Source: Lachnospiraceae bacterium
GTDB taxonomy: Bacteria > Bacillota_I > Bacilli_A > RFN20 > CAG-826
DNA: 53,393 nt
Direction: 5' to 3'
Assembly (NCBI GenBank): GCA_963661135.1
Contig: CAVKZO010000003.1
Span: forward strand, 1 to 53,393
How positions within the stretch are numbered: the first letter of the stretch is position 1; the number at the start of each line of letters is the position of its first letter. Position numbers and translations under genes: made by a program. Below are positions 38,502-47,834 of this stretch, in pieces. The notes under the pieces were generated by a model. That model was not told the DNA's origin. It searched no databases and was given only the letters and a program-made list of their open reading frames with translations.

Positions 38502-39182
38502 ATGACTTGGCAACAAATAACATTGATCATTTTCTATATTTTATATACATGCTTTGCATCCATTGATTGTTATGGTTGCTTTAAAGAAAATAGAAAAATA
38601 CATTTGATTTTTAAATGTATACCAATTTTTTTAATAACAATATTATCTTTAATCATCGTACCTCAAAATTACATGTTATTTTTTGGATTTTTATTTGCTC
38701 TAATTGGTGACGCTTTAATATTAATAAAAGATAATAAAAAAGCATTTTTAGGTGGAGCAACTTCATTTTTTATCGGACACGTATTTTTATTCGTATTTTA
38801 TTTATTAATCATATATAAATATAATTCTAATCACATTCCTATTTTTGTTTATATTGTTGCACCACTTATTATTGTCTTTATGGGCTTATTATTCGGTTTA
38901 TTGTTATACAAAAAAATGAAAGCATTATCAATTTTTACAGGTATTTATTACTCTATATTATTTGTAAATTTATTTATGATAATCGTAGCGTTAATATACA
39001 CAAAATCACTATTATTTATCATGTGTATCGTAGGTTATCTATTCTTTATTAGCAGTGATTTTTTAATTGGTATAAGACAATTTAAAGCTAAATTTAAACA
39101 CCAAAACTTTTTAATAATCTCAACCTATTTTGTCGCTCAATTATTAATTAGTTTAGGTTTATTTTTATTATTAATCTTATAA
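38502..39182 (+). CDS. Polytopic membrane protein, YhhN-family-like (lysoplasmalogenase family)
   Basis: The product is 226 aa with about 7-8 TM helices. The motifs FALIGDALIL and FFIGHVFLFVFY resemble YhhN signatures. The family call is tentative. Confidence 0.45.
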   Translation: MTWQQITLIIFYILYTCFASIDCYGCFKENRKIHLIFKCIPIFLITILSLIIVPQNYMLFFGFLFALIGDALILIKDNKKAFLGGATSFFIGHVFLFVFYLLIIYKYNSNHIPIFVYIVAPLIIVFMGLLFGLLLYKKMKALSIFTGIYYSILFVNLFMIIVALIYTKSLLFIMCIVGYLFFISSDFLIGIRQFKAKFKHQNFLIISTYFVAQLLISLGLFLLLIL

Positions 39183-41639
39183 TTAATTTTTGTTTTTTAA
39201 ATATTTTATGGCTTTAATAAAGTGGCCATTGGCAAGTTCAACTACAGCGTAGCTAACATTAATATCAAACATTCCTCCGCTACTTTGCACTAAACTTCTC
39301 ATAGAATTATGTTTTGTCGCTTCAATTAAAAAGAATCTATTTTTAATTAATGTATCTCTAATTTTTTCGTCTTTAATTTTGTTTATTTTTTTAATTGTTC
39401 GAACATCTTTTGGCAACACACTATTTATAGTTATTTTATTAACTATTTTATACACTAATTTACCTAAAAATTTAACGTTATAGTCGCATAAAGGGGTTTC
39501 GATATCAATATGTTTTGTTTTAACTTTATGATTAATTTTTTTTCCTAATAATAACTCATATTTTTCGTTAGATATATCAAAATCAGTTAGGTTTTGATAT
39601 ATTTTCTCAATTTCTTCACAATATGAAGGCTCTACTTCTTCCCCTGTTAAGTCTATATTTTTAATTAAAGTTTCGTTAAATGAATCTTTTCCTACAACAA
39701 CACCATAAGTTCCGGATTCTAAAACAAAACGATTAAGTTTTGCATTAAAATATTTAAATTCTTCTTTATTAATATTTACTTTAATTTCTTTTTCTTCATG
39801 AGGCTTTAATTCAACCTTAATAAAATCAACTAAATATTTTTTAACTTTGAAATCTTTTGAATTAGTATTGTTTTTAATATAAATTTGAGCTACTTCCTTT
39901 CCTTTAATTTCACTGTCATTTCTAATTTTAAAATTAACTTCAATACGATCATCAAACTCAACCAAATTTAAATCATTATAAAGAAAATTAGAATAAGATA
40001 ATCCATACCCAAAAGGATATAAAACTTTATCTTTATTAAATTCAAAATATTTATATCCTACGAAAATACTTTCTTTATATATTTCTTCATCTATTTTTCC
40101 AAAAACACTATTAAATGGTATGTCTTTTTCTTCTTTAACCCATGTTTCACATAATCTTCCTGATGGATTTTCATTTCCATATAATAGATTAAAGCAAGCT
40201 TCTCCCCCGCCTTCTCCAGGTACATACATATCTAATATAGCATTCATTTTATCAATTTCAGGAATAATAATTGAAGATCCGCCAAATAAAACAAGAACAA
40301 TCTTTTTGTTTAACTTAACTAATTTTTTAATTAAAGATATCTGATTTGTTGATATATTTAAATTTTCCCTATCAAATCCTTCGCTTTCCTTTAAATCAGT
40401 CAAACCTCCAAAAAATAAAATTAAATCATGATTTTTAGCTTCATTTATTGCTTCATTCTCTAATTTAGCATCAATTTTATCTTCTATTTCGTTATAACCT
40501 CTTTTAAAAACATATTCTATTTCATTTTTGTCGAATGCATTTTTAGGACTTGTAACATATCTTGGTTTAATTAAACTACTTCCTGCACCTTGATATCTCA
40601 TCTTAGAAAATAAATCACCAATAATTAAAACTTTTTTACTCTTGTTTAAAGGTAAAATATTATCATAATTCTTTAATAAAACTGCGCTTTCTTCTGCGCA
40701 TTTAACTGCTAATTCATAATGTTTTTTGAGCAAAACATCAATATCTTCCTTCTCTATATTTTTATTTTGATGTTTTGAAACCAGCTTTAAAACATTAATA
40801 ACTGCTTTATTTAAATCATTTATATCTAACGTATTATTTTCAATAGCTTCCTTTAGTAATTTAGAATTGTATTTAATTTGACCAGGCATATCTAAATCTA
40901 TACCACATTGAATACCTTTAACTCTATTCTTAGTAGCTCCCCAATCTGTCATTACTAAGCCCTTAAAATTAAAAGTATTCCTTAACATCACGTTATTTAA
41001 GAAATTATTCTCGCTACATTGCTCATCATTTACAACATTATATCCACACATTATTGCATCTGGATCACTATTTTTAATAGCAATTTCAAACCCTTTTAAA
41101 TATGTTTCTCTTAAAGTTCTAATATCGCAAATAGAATTAGAAGTATATCTATAATTTTCACTATTGTTTAATGCGTAATGTTTTAAACACGCTCCAACTT
41201 TTTTTGATTTTAAACCATTAACAAAATTATAAGCCATTATTCCGCTTAAGTATGGATCTTCGCTATAATATTCAAAATTTCTTCCACATCTAGGGTTTCT
41301 TTTAATATTCATTCCAGGAGCTAAAAGCAAATCTACATCATAAAAATTACACTCTTTCCCAATCGCTTCTCCAATTTTATACGCTATATCTTTATTAAAT
41401 GAGTTAGCAACATTACAAGGAGCGATAAAAGCTGTTGATTCATAAGAATTTCCTAAACCTAAAGCCCCATCTTTATCATCTTCTTTCTTCTTTCTTAAAC
41501 CTAATGGGCCATCTGTTAAATAAATAGAAGGAATATTTAACCTAGGAATTGAATTAGTATTCCAAGATTCATAGCCTTCCACTAATTTAATCTTCTCATC
41601 AATTGTTAATTCTTTTAATAATCCATCGATATTTTCCAT
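39183..41639 (-). CDS. Glycoside hydrolase family 3 beta-glucosidase (BglX-like) with a C-terminal Fn3-like domain
   Basis: It has GH3 blocks (TDGPLGLRK, LKHYALNN) and a nucleophile region GLVMTDWGA. The product is 818 aa and has no signal peptide. Confidence 0.9.
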   Translation of the reverse strand: MENIDGLLKELTIDEKIKLVEGYESWNTNSIPRLNIPSIYLTDGPLGLRKKKEDDKDGALGLGNSYESTAFIAPCNVANSFNKDIAYKIGEAIGKECNFYDVDLLLAPGMNIKRNPRCGRNFEYYSEDPYLSGIMAYNFVNGLKSKKVGACLKHYALNNSENYRYTSNSICDIRTLRETYLKGFEIAIKNSDPDAIMCGYNVVNDEQCSENNFLNNVMLRNTFNFKGLVMTDWGATKNRVKGIQCGIDLDMPGQIKYNSKLLKEAIENNTLDINDLNKAVINVLKLVSKHQNKNIEKEDIDVLLKKHYELAVKCAEESAVLLKNYDNILPLNKSKKVLIIGDLFSKMRYQGAGSSLIKPRYVTSPKNAFDKNEIEYVFKRGYNEIEDKIDAKLENEAINEAKNHDLILFFGGLTDLKESEGFDRENLNISTNQISLIKKLVKLNKKIVLVLFGGSSIIIPEIDKMNAILDMYVPGEGGGEACFNLLYGNENPSGRLCETWVKEEKDIPFNSVFGKIDEEIYKESIFVGYKYFEFNKDKVLYPFGYGLSYSNFLYNDLNLVEFDDRIEVNFKIRNDSEIKGKEVAQIYIKNNTNSKDFKVKKYLVDFIKVELKPHEEKEIKVNINKEEFKYFNAKLNRFVLESGTYGVVVGKDSFNETLIKNIDLTGEEVEPSYCEEIEKIYQNLTDFDISNEKYELLLGKKINHKVKTKHIDIETPLCDYNVKFLGKLVYKIVNKITINSVLPKDVRTIKKINKIKDEKIRDTLIKNRFFLIEATKHNSMRSLVQSSGGMFDINVSYAVVELANGHFIKAIKYLKNKN

Positions 41640-41703
41640 ATTTAAAATCCTTTTAATTTATTATAAAGAAATTGTCTTCTTTATTAAAGAAAACAATTAA
41701 TAA

Positions 41704-41729
41704 AACGATATAAATTAATTTATATCGTT
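41704..41729. repeat. Perfect 26-bp palindrome in the divergent GH3/pncB control region (candidate operator)
   Basis: The palindrome is aacgatataaatt|aatttatatcgtt with no mismatch. Its right end overlaps the -35 position of the putative pncB promoter. Confidence 0.6.
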
Positions 41730-41756
41730 AGTATTTTTATAAATATTTGATATAAT
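41728..41756 (+). promoter_or_regulatory. Putative pncB promoter (extended -10)
   Basis: TGATATAAT lies at 41748-41756 (TGnTATAAT). The -35 hexamer (ttagta) is weak. The GGAGA SD is at 41766-41770 and the ATG at 41777. Confidence 0.5.
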
Positions 41757-41776
41757 AAATTTTCCGGAGAAAAGTT

Positions 41777-43294
41777 ATGATCGAATGCAAACCTTATTTA
41801 CCAAATGATGAATATTACAATCCAGCCATGATTGTAGATTTTTATGAATTTTCTATGGCAAACTCTCTATTTTTAAATGGTATGAAAGATAAAGTATTAG
41901 TCTTTGATATGTTCTATAGAAAAAATCCTGATAATTTAGGTTATTCAATAATTGCTGGACAAGAAAAATTAACTAAATTTTTATTAAATTATCATTTTAA
42001 TGATGAAGATATTGAATATTTAAGATACAAAGGAATGAGCGAAGAATTCTTAAAATATTTATCTACATACAAATGGAAAGGCTCGATGTATGCTTTAAAA
42101 GAAGGGTGCGTTGGATATCCTCAAATTCCTATTGTAAGAATTGAGTGTGATATGGTAGGAGCTATTTTAATTGAAACATATTTATTACAAACGATAAATT
42201 TTGCTTCTTTAATCGCTACAAAAGCTACTAGAATCAGCGGCTTATCTACACACAAGAATAGAAATATATTAGAATTTGGCGCTCGTAGAGCTCAAGGAGA
42301 AACAGCATCGATCTTTGGCGCATATGCTTCTATTATCGGAGGATGTATCGCTACTGCTAACTGCTTAGCTGAAATGAATTACGGAAGCGAAGTTAAAGCA
42401 ACTGGAACTATAGCTCACTCTTATATCGAATTTTTTCCTACTGAATATGATGCATTTTTAGCATATGCAAATACATACCCAGATAATGTTTCTCTTTTAC
42501 TCGATACATATAATGTCTTTGAATCAGGCTTACCAAATTTAATAAAAATAGATGATTATCTAATCAAAAAATATCCTAATGATTTAAATAAAAGAGTAAA
42601 ATCAGCTAGAATCGATTCAGGTGATTTATCAAGATATTACAAAAGATTAAGAAAAGAATTAGACAAAGTAGGTAAACAATACATTAAACTTGTCGCATCT
42701 AATGCGCTTGATGAAAAAAAGATAGAAAACATGGAAATGTACGAAGATGCTAAATTCGATTTTTATGGTGTTGGAGAAAATTTAATAACTAGTGCTTCTG
42801 ATCCGGTTTTTAGTGGTGTCTATAAACTTGTCGCTATTAAAAATGATGACGGAACTTACACTCCTAAGATGAAATGTTCTGACTCTAAAACTAAAGCTAT
42901 AATTCCTGGAAAACTTATGGTTTATAGAATTTACGATGAAGATGATAAAGCACAATGTGATATCATTGCTTTAGATAATGAAGTTATAGAAGAAAATAAG
43001 CCTATTAAAGTTTATAATTTTAACCCTGATGACTTCCATAAATTTAGAATATTAACACCTAAAAAGATTGAAAAATTACTAATTCCATATATTGAAAATG
43101 GCAAATTTGTATATGAAATCCCTTCTATTTCTAAAAGAAAAGAATATGTAAAATCACAAATTGAAAAACATACACGGGAATCAGAGTTAAGATTAGAAAT
43201 GCCTCATGTTCACTATGTAGATTTAACTGAGAAAGTTTATGAATTAAGAGAAACTCTATATGAAGAGTTACACGGAGGAAAATTAGTTGATTAA
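41777..43294 (+). CDS. pncB: Nicotinate phosphoribosyltransferase
   Basis: The 505-aa product resembles Firmicutes-type NAPRTase (FGARRAQG, GTIAHSYIE, ARIDSGDL). It is followed by nadD and nadE. Confidence 0.9.
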   Translation: MIECKPYLPNDEYYNPAMIVDFYEFSMANSLFLNGMKDKVLVFDMFYRKNPDNLGYSIIAGQEKLTKFLLNYHFNDEDIEYLRYKGMSEEFLKYLSTYKWKGSMYALKEGCVGYPQIPIVRIECDMVGAILIETYLLQTINFASLIATKATRISGLSTHKNRNILEFGARRAQGETASIFGAYASIIGGCIATANCLAEMNYGSEVKATGTIAHSYIEFFPTEYDAFLAYANTYPDNVSLLLDTYNVFESGLPNLIKIDDYLIKKYPNDLNKRVKSARIDSGDLSRYYKRLRKELDKVGKQYIKLVASNALDEKKIENMEMYEDAKFDFYGVGENLITSASDPVFSGVYKLVAIKNDDGTYTPKMKCSDSKTKAIIPGKLMVYRIYDEDDKAQCDIIALDNEVIEENKPIKVYNFNPDDFHKFRILTPKKIEKLLIPYIENGKFVYEIPSISKRKEYVKSQIEKHTRESELRLEMPHVHYVDLTEKVYELRETLYEELHGGKLVD

Positions 43295-43919
43295 CGCTCT
43301 ATTTTTTGGAGGTGCTTTCAATCCCCCTACTATCGCTCATATTCAACTAGCAAAATACGCTATGGAGAAAATTAACTTTGATAAAGTTATTTTTTGCCCT
43401 ACAAAAAGCAAATATATTTTAAATACTGAACATAAAGACTTTTCATTTAATGAAGAAACTAGGTTAAATATGTTAAAAGACATAGCAAATAATAATTCAT
43501 TTATGATTGTGAGTGATATTGAAATTAAAATGAAAGAACAATCAAGAACATATTTCACTTTAAAAAAACTTTCTAGTGAAGGATACAACCTTAAACTACT
43601 TATCGGAAGTGATTGGTTAAATAAATTAACTACCGAATGGAAATACGTAGAAGAAATCGCAAAAGAATTTGGAATCGTCGTGTTAAAAAGAAATAATGAT
43701 GATGTTGATACTTTATTCAATACAATTCCTCTTCTTATAAAAATTAAAAAGTATGTAACTATTATTGATGCACCTAATAATTTTAAATTTGTTTCATCTA
43801 ACAAAATAAGAACATTACTTAAAGATTATGATACAAATAAAGATGAAATTAATAAAGATTTACCAAATGAATTACACAATTTAAATAAATATTTAAAGGG
43901 GGATTTATATGAAAAATAG
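43287..43919 (+). CDS. nadD: Nicotinate-nucleotide adenylyltransferase
   Basis: It has the N-terminal motif GGAFNPPTIAH (GxFxPxH). The start is TTG, 8 nt after GGAGG, and overlaps the pncB stop by 8 nt. Confidence 0.88.
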   Translation: MINALFFGGAFNPPTIAHIQLAKYAMEKINFDKVIFCPTKSKYILNTEHKDFSFNEETRLNMLKDIANNNSFMIVSDIEIKMKEQSRTYFTLKKLSSEGYNLKLLIGSDWLNKLTTEWKYVEEIAKEFGIVVLKRNNDDVDTLFNTIPLLIKIKKYVTIIDAPNNFKFVSSNKIRTLLKDYDTNKDEINKDLPNELHNLNKYLKGDLYEK

Positions 43920-45861
43920 ATTTATAAAAATAGCTTCTTCAGTTCCAAATTTAAAAATTTCGAATATAGATTTTAATACTAATGAAATAATAAAAATTGC
44001 AAAAAATAACACCGATTGTGCAATTATTGTTTTTCCTGAGCTCACATTAACAGGGTACACATTAGGTGATTTATTTTTTCAAAATTCTATTTTAGATGAA
44101 GTATATAAAAGTATCAGAATATTAAAAGTAGAAAGTAATATTTCTTTTAAAGATACATTAATTGTTATTGGTGCTCCATTATTAAAAAATAATAAATTAT
44201 ATAATTGCGGAATATTTATTGAAAACGGAAAAATATTAGGTGTAGTTCCTAAATCTTTTATACCAAATTATCAAGAATTTTACGAAAATAGATGGTTCAC
44301 AAGTGGTAAAAATATCGAAGTATCTTCAATCAATATTAACGAAGAAGAAATTCCCTTTGGAACTAATCTAATATTTAAAGATATTAATAATGGTGCTCAA
44401 ATAGCATGTGAAATTTGTGAAGATCTATTTGTTCCTAATAAACCTTCCATTAAGCATTCATTAAATGGAGCCAATATTATATGTAATCTCAGTGCATCTC
44501 CTGAAAACATTTTAAAAAGTGAATACAGAAAAAATCTTATTTTAAATCATTCTTCCAATATTTTTTCTACTTACATATATTCTAGTTCAGGAAATGACGA
44601 ATCTAGCACAGATTTAGTTTTTAGTGGCCATTCTATTATCGCCAATAATGGTAAATTGTTATCTGAATCAATATTTAAAAAAGATATTACAAATAAAGCA
44701 ATAATCGATTTAGATGATAATATCTATAACAGAATGCATCAATCAACTTTTGAAAATGAAAATGACAATTATTTATTTATTGATACAACTATAAAATCTA
44801 TAGGAAATACATATGAATTTGATCATAATTTAATTTTAAATACTTTAAAAGAATCAAATTATAAAATTTCAAAGAATCCTTTTTTACCAAATGATGAAAA
44901 TGATAAAAAAGAAAGATTTAAAGAAATAATGAACATTCAAGTTAATGGATTATTAACAAGATTATATAATTCTAATATTAAAAATATAGTAATTGGAGTC
45001 AGCGGAGGACTTGATTCTACTCTTGCTTTACTTGTAGCATACGAAGCTAAAAAGATAGATAACACTATAAATATTTTTCCTATAACAATGCCTAAAAAAG
45101 GGAACACTTCTTCTGTCACTTTAAATAATTCTATTAATTTAATCAAATCATTATCGTTAAATCCTATTATAATTCCTATCGAAAACACATTGATTTCCCA
45201 TCTAAATGATATTGAGCACGAAGATAAATGTTTAAACAATAACGATACAACTTACGAAAACGCTCAAGCTAGAATTAGAACTTTAATCTTAATGGATTAT
45301 GCTAATAAAGAAAAAGGAATCGTGTTAGGTACAGGGGATTTAAGCGAACTTGCTTTAGGATGGTGTACATATAATGGTGATCATATGTCGATGTACAATG
45401 TCAATTCATCAATTCCTAAAACATTAATAAAATATATTGTTGAATATTACGCAATTAACTCTTCTTCAAACCCATTAAAAGAAACTTTAATATCAATAAT
45501 TAATACGCCTATATCTCCTGAATTAACTCCTTCAAATAATGATAAAATTAACCAAAAGACTGAGGATTTAATAGGAAATTACAATATTAACGATTTTATT
45601 TTATATTATTATTTAAGATATGGATATTCCCCTAAAAAGATTTATATTTTATTATCTTTAGCATATAAAGATTTGTCAAAAGAAGATATTAAAAATTATT
45701 TAAAAAGATTTTATACTCGTTTCTTTTCTCAAGCTTTTAAGCGTAGCGTAATGCCTGATGGAGCAAAGGTTGGAACAATTTCTTTATCTCCTAGAGGAGA
45801 TTATAGAATGCCTAGTGATGCTAATTGTTCTTTATTTATAAAAGAGATAGAATCGATATAA
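43909..45861 (+). CDS. nadE: Glutamine-dependent NAD+ synthetase (CN-hydrolase plus synthetase domains)
   Basis: The N-terminal nitrilase-like domain carries FPELTLTGY (Glu) and ACEICEDLF (Cys). The synthetase PP-loop is VSGGLDST. The product is 650 aa. Confidence 0.92.
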   Translation: MKNRFIKIASSVPNLKISNIDFNTNEIIKIAKNNTDCAIIVFPELTLTGYTLGDLFFQNSILDEVYKSIRILKVESNISFKDTLIVIGAPLLKNNKLYNCGIFIENGKILGVVPKSFIPNYQEFYENRWFTSGKNIEVSSININEEEIPFGTNLIFKDINNGAQIACEICEDLFVPNKPSIKHSLNGANIICNLSASPENILKSEYRKNLILNHSSNIFSTYIYSSSGNDESSTDLVFSGHSIIANNGKLLSESIFKKDITNKAIIDLDDNIYNRMHQSTFENENDNYLFIDTTIKSIGNTYEFDHNLILNTLKESNYKISKNPFLPNDENDKKERFKEIMNIQVNGLLTRLYNSNIKNIVIGVSGGLDSTLALLVAYEAKKIDNTINIFPITMPKKGNTSSVTLNNSINLIKSLSLNPIIIPIENTLISHLNDIEHEDKCLNNNDTTYENAQARIRTLILMDYANKEKGIVLGTGDLSELALGWCTYNGDHMSMYNVNSSIPKTLIKYIVEYYAINSSSNPLKETLISIINTPISPELTPSNNDKINQKTEDLIGNYNINDFILYYYLRYGYSPKKIYILLSLAYKDLSKEDIKNYLKRFYTRFFSQAFKRSVMPDGAKVGTISLSPRGDYRMPSDANCSLFIKEIESI

Positions 45862-45862
45862 C

Positions 45863-46435
45863 ATGAATTATTTATATTTTATTAGACACGGCGAAACCAT
45901 AGCTAATTCATTAAATTTAGTGCAAGGAAGACAAGATTACCCTCTAACTAAAAAAGGTATAGAAACAACCTTAAATACTGCTAAAAATATTAAGATTATA
46001 AAGTTTGATGTAGTTTTTTCTTCACCATTATTAAGAGCTTTAGATACAGCAAAAATTTTAAATAAACAATTAAATCTTAATTTAAATATTAATATCGACG
46101 ATAGATTGATCGAAAGATGTTTTGGAGTATTAGAAGGCAAAGACTTTTCTATAGCCAGACCTTATTTTGTTAATAATAAAGAAGATGAAGTTGAAGGATT
46201 AGAAAATGATGAAACCGTATATTTAAGAGTTAAAAGTTTCTTAGATGAGATCAATTCAAAATATGACAATAAAAATATTTTATTAGTAACTCATTCAAAT
46301 ACTATTTTATGTTTATTAAAAACTTTAGACTCTACAATTTCATCAACTTTTAGAGTGCCAAATTCATCTTTAACGTTATTGGAAGATGATAAAAATAATA
46401 ATCTTAAAATAATTTATATCGGTAAAATCTTTTAA
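45863..46435 (+). CDS. Histidine phosphatase family protein (PGM/CobC-like)
   Basis: It has the RHGET motif at the N-terminus (YFIRHGETIAN) and a second His in VTHSNTI. It starts 1 nt after the nadE stop. Confidence 0.8.
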   Translation: MNYLYFIRHGETIANSLNLVQGRQDYPLTKKGIETTLNTAKNIKIIKFDVVFSSPLLRALDTAKILNKQLNLNLNINIDDRLIERCFGVLEGKDFSIARPYFVNNKEDEVEGLENDETVYLRVKSFLDEINSKYDNKNILLVTHSNTILCLLKTLDSTISSTFRVPNSSLTLLEDDKNNNLKIIYIGKIF

Positions 46436-47763
46436 GCTATTACTTCTTTTATCTCTATAACTTTATTATTTTTAGCTTCTAAAATTGTAAATAAAATACC
46501 TAAAATACTAACTATTCCTTGAGAAATTGGAGTAGAAAGCCATATACCATCTGTAGACATAAATAATGGGAAAGTAAATGTTATAACTGTAGCAATGATT
46601 ATTTCTCCATATACTAAAATAAATGCATATAAATTTTTCTCTTTAGCATATAAATAAGATGTTGAACTTTTTATAATTGCTACACAGATACTACTACTGC
46701 CCATTATAATTAAACATCTATAAAATATTTGCTTACTTTCTTCCGATAAACCGAATATATTGCCTAATGGAATATATGCTAATTCTAAAACTAATGTTGC
46801 GATAATTCCTACAATAAAACATATACTTTTTGATAAAAATAATGTATTTAATTCATCCTTTTTATTATTTTCTCCGTAGTAATAAGAATATAATGGTTGT
46901 GATCCGTCTCCGACTCCTTGAACAATTCTCATGATAATAAACGTTATATAACTAACTGCAGTATATGCTGCAACTGCTTCACTTCCTCCGTATATCTTCG
47001 CTTCAAAATTAACAAACATCAATAGTAAATTAGGTGCAAAAAATAATCCTAACGGAGAAACAGCGTTCTTTAAAATATTTAAAATATATTTAAATGAAAA
47101 ACTAATGATTGGTCGATTCTTTTTAAACATTAAAACAATCAAACACATTATCGATGTTATAAATTGAGATACAAGTGTACCTATTGCAGCTCCAGATAAA
47201 GACATATCAATAATATAAATTAAACAATAATCTAATATTAAATTGGCAATAAACCCACAAGACATCGATATCATTGTGTACAAGTTATATTTATAATTTC
47301 TTAATAAACACACTAATCCCTGTCCAAATACCTGGAATAATGTTCCATATAGAATTATAGTAATATATTTATTTGCTAAATCTAATTCATCTCCTGATGC
47401 TTTAAAAAGAATTAAGATCTCTCTTTTAAAAGGAAAGATTAATGCAAATATGAGAACTGAGAAAATTAACAAGAGAATATAAGTATTAAATAATATTTTC
47501 TTTTCTTTTTCTTTATCATTTTGTCCGTTAGCGATAGAAATAGCGATACTTCCACCCATCCCTATACCAAATCCAACTGCTTGAATAAACGCTGTAATCG
47601 GCCAAGCAAAATTGATGCTAGATAAACCTATATCACCAATCTTATTTCCGATAAATAGCCCATCTACAATTGAAAATGTACCTAAAACGACGCTAGAAAT
47701 AATTGCAGGTATTACAGAATTAAAATACTTCTTTAAAAATTCTTTACTTATTTTTTTCTTCAT
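46432..47763 (-). CDS. MATE family efflux transporter
   Basis: The product is 443 aa with about 12 TM helices and a two-fold internal repeat typical of MATE. The N-terminus FLKKYFNSVIPAIISSVV resembles the MATE N-terminal helix. Confidence 0.8.
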   Translation of the reverse strand: MKKKISKEFLKKYFNSVIPAIISSVVLGTFSIVDGLFIGNKIGDIGLSSINFAWPITAFIQAVGFGIGMGGSIAISIANGQNDKEKEKKILFNTYILLLIFSVLIFALIFPFKREILILFKASGDELDLANKYITIILYGTLFQVFGQGLVCLLRNYKYNLYTMISMSCGFIANLILDYCLIYIIDMSLSGAAIGTLVSQFITSIMCLIVLMFKKNRPIISFSFKYILNILKNAVSPLGLFFAPNLLLMFVNFEAKIYGGSEAVAAYTAVSYITFIIMRIVQGVGDGSQPLYSYYYGENNKKDELNTLFLSKSICFIVGIIATLVLELAYIPLGNIFGLSEESKQIFYRCLIIMGSSSICVAIIKSSTSYLYAKEKNLYAFILVYGEIIIATVITFTFPLFMSTDGIWLSTPISQGIVSILGILFTILEAKNNKVIEIKEVIA

Positions 47764-47834
47764 ATTAAAAATATTTCTTATTAAATATCATTTTATTTTT
47801 TTAAAAAATATATGTTTTCTTATCGCTTTTTAAA

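Noticed and set aside
41661-41686. The short inverted repeat ATAAAGAA-attgtc-TTCTTTAT upstream of the GH3 gene as a regulatory hairpin.
   Set aside because: It is an 8-bp all-A/T stem in a region where such repeats are expected by chance, and nothing links it to a promoter element. I kept only the 26-bp perfect palindrome as a finding.
43343-43804. A 153-aa ORF antisense to nadD. Similar antisense ORFs lie at 34655-35035, 49705-50055, 19052-19390, 6943-7245 and 8019-8384.
   Set aside because: All lie fully inside conserved genes on the opposite strand. Their products are low-complexity, with no SD and no recognisable motifs.
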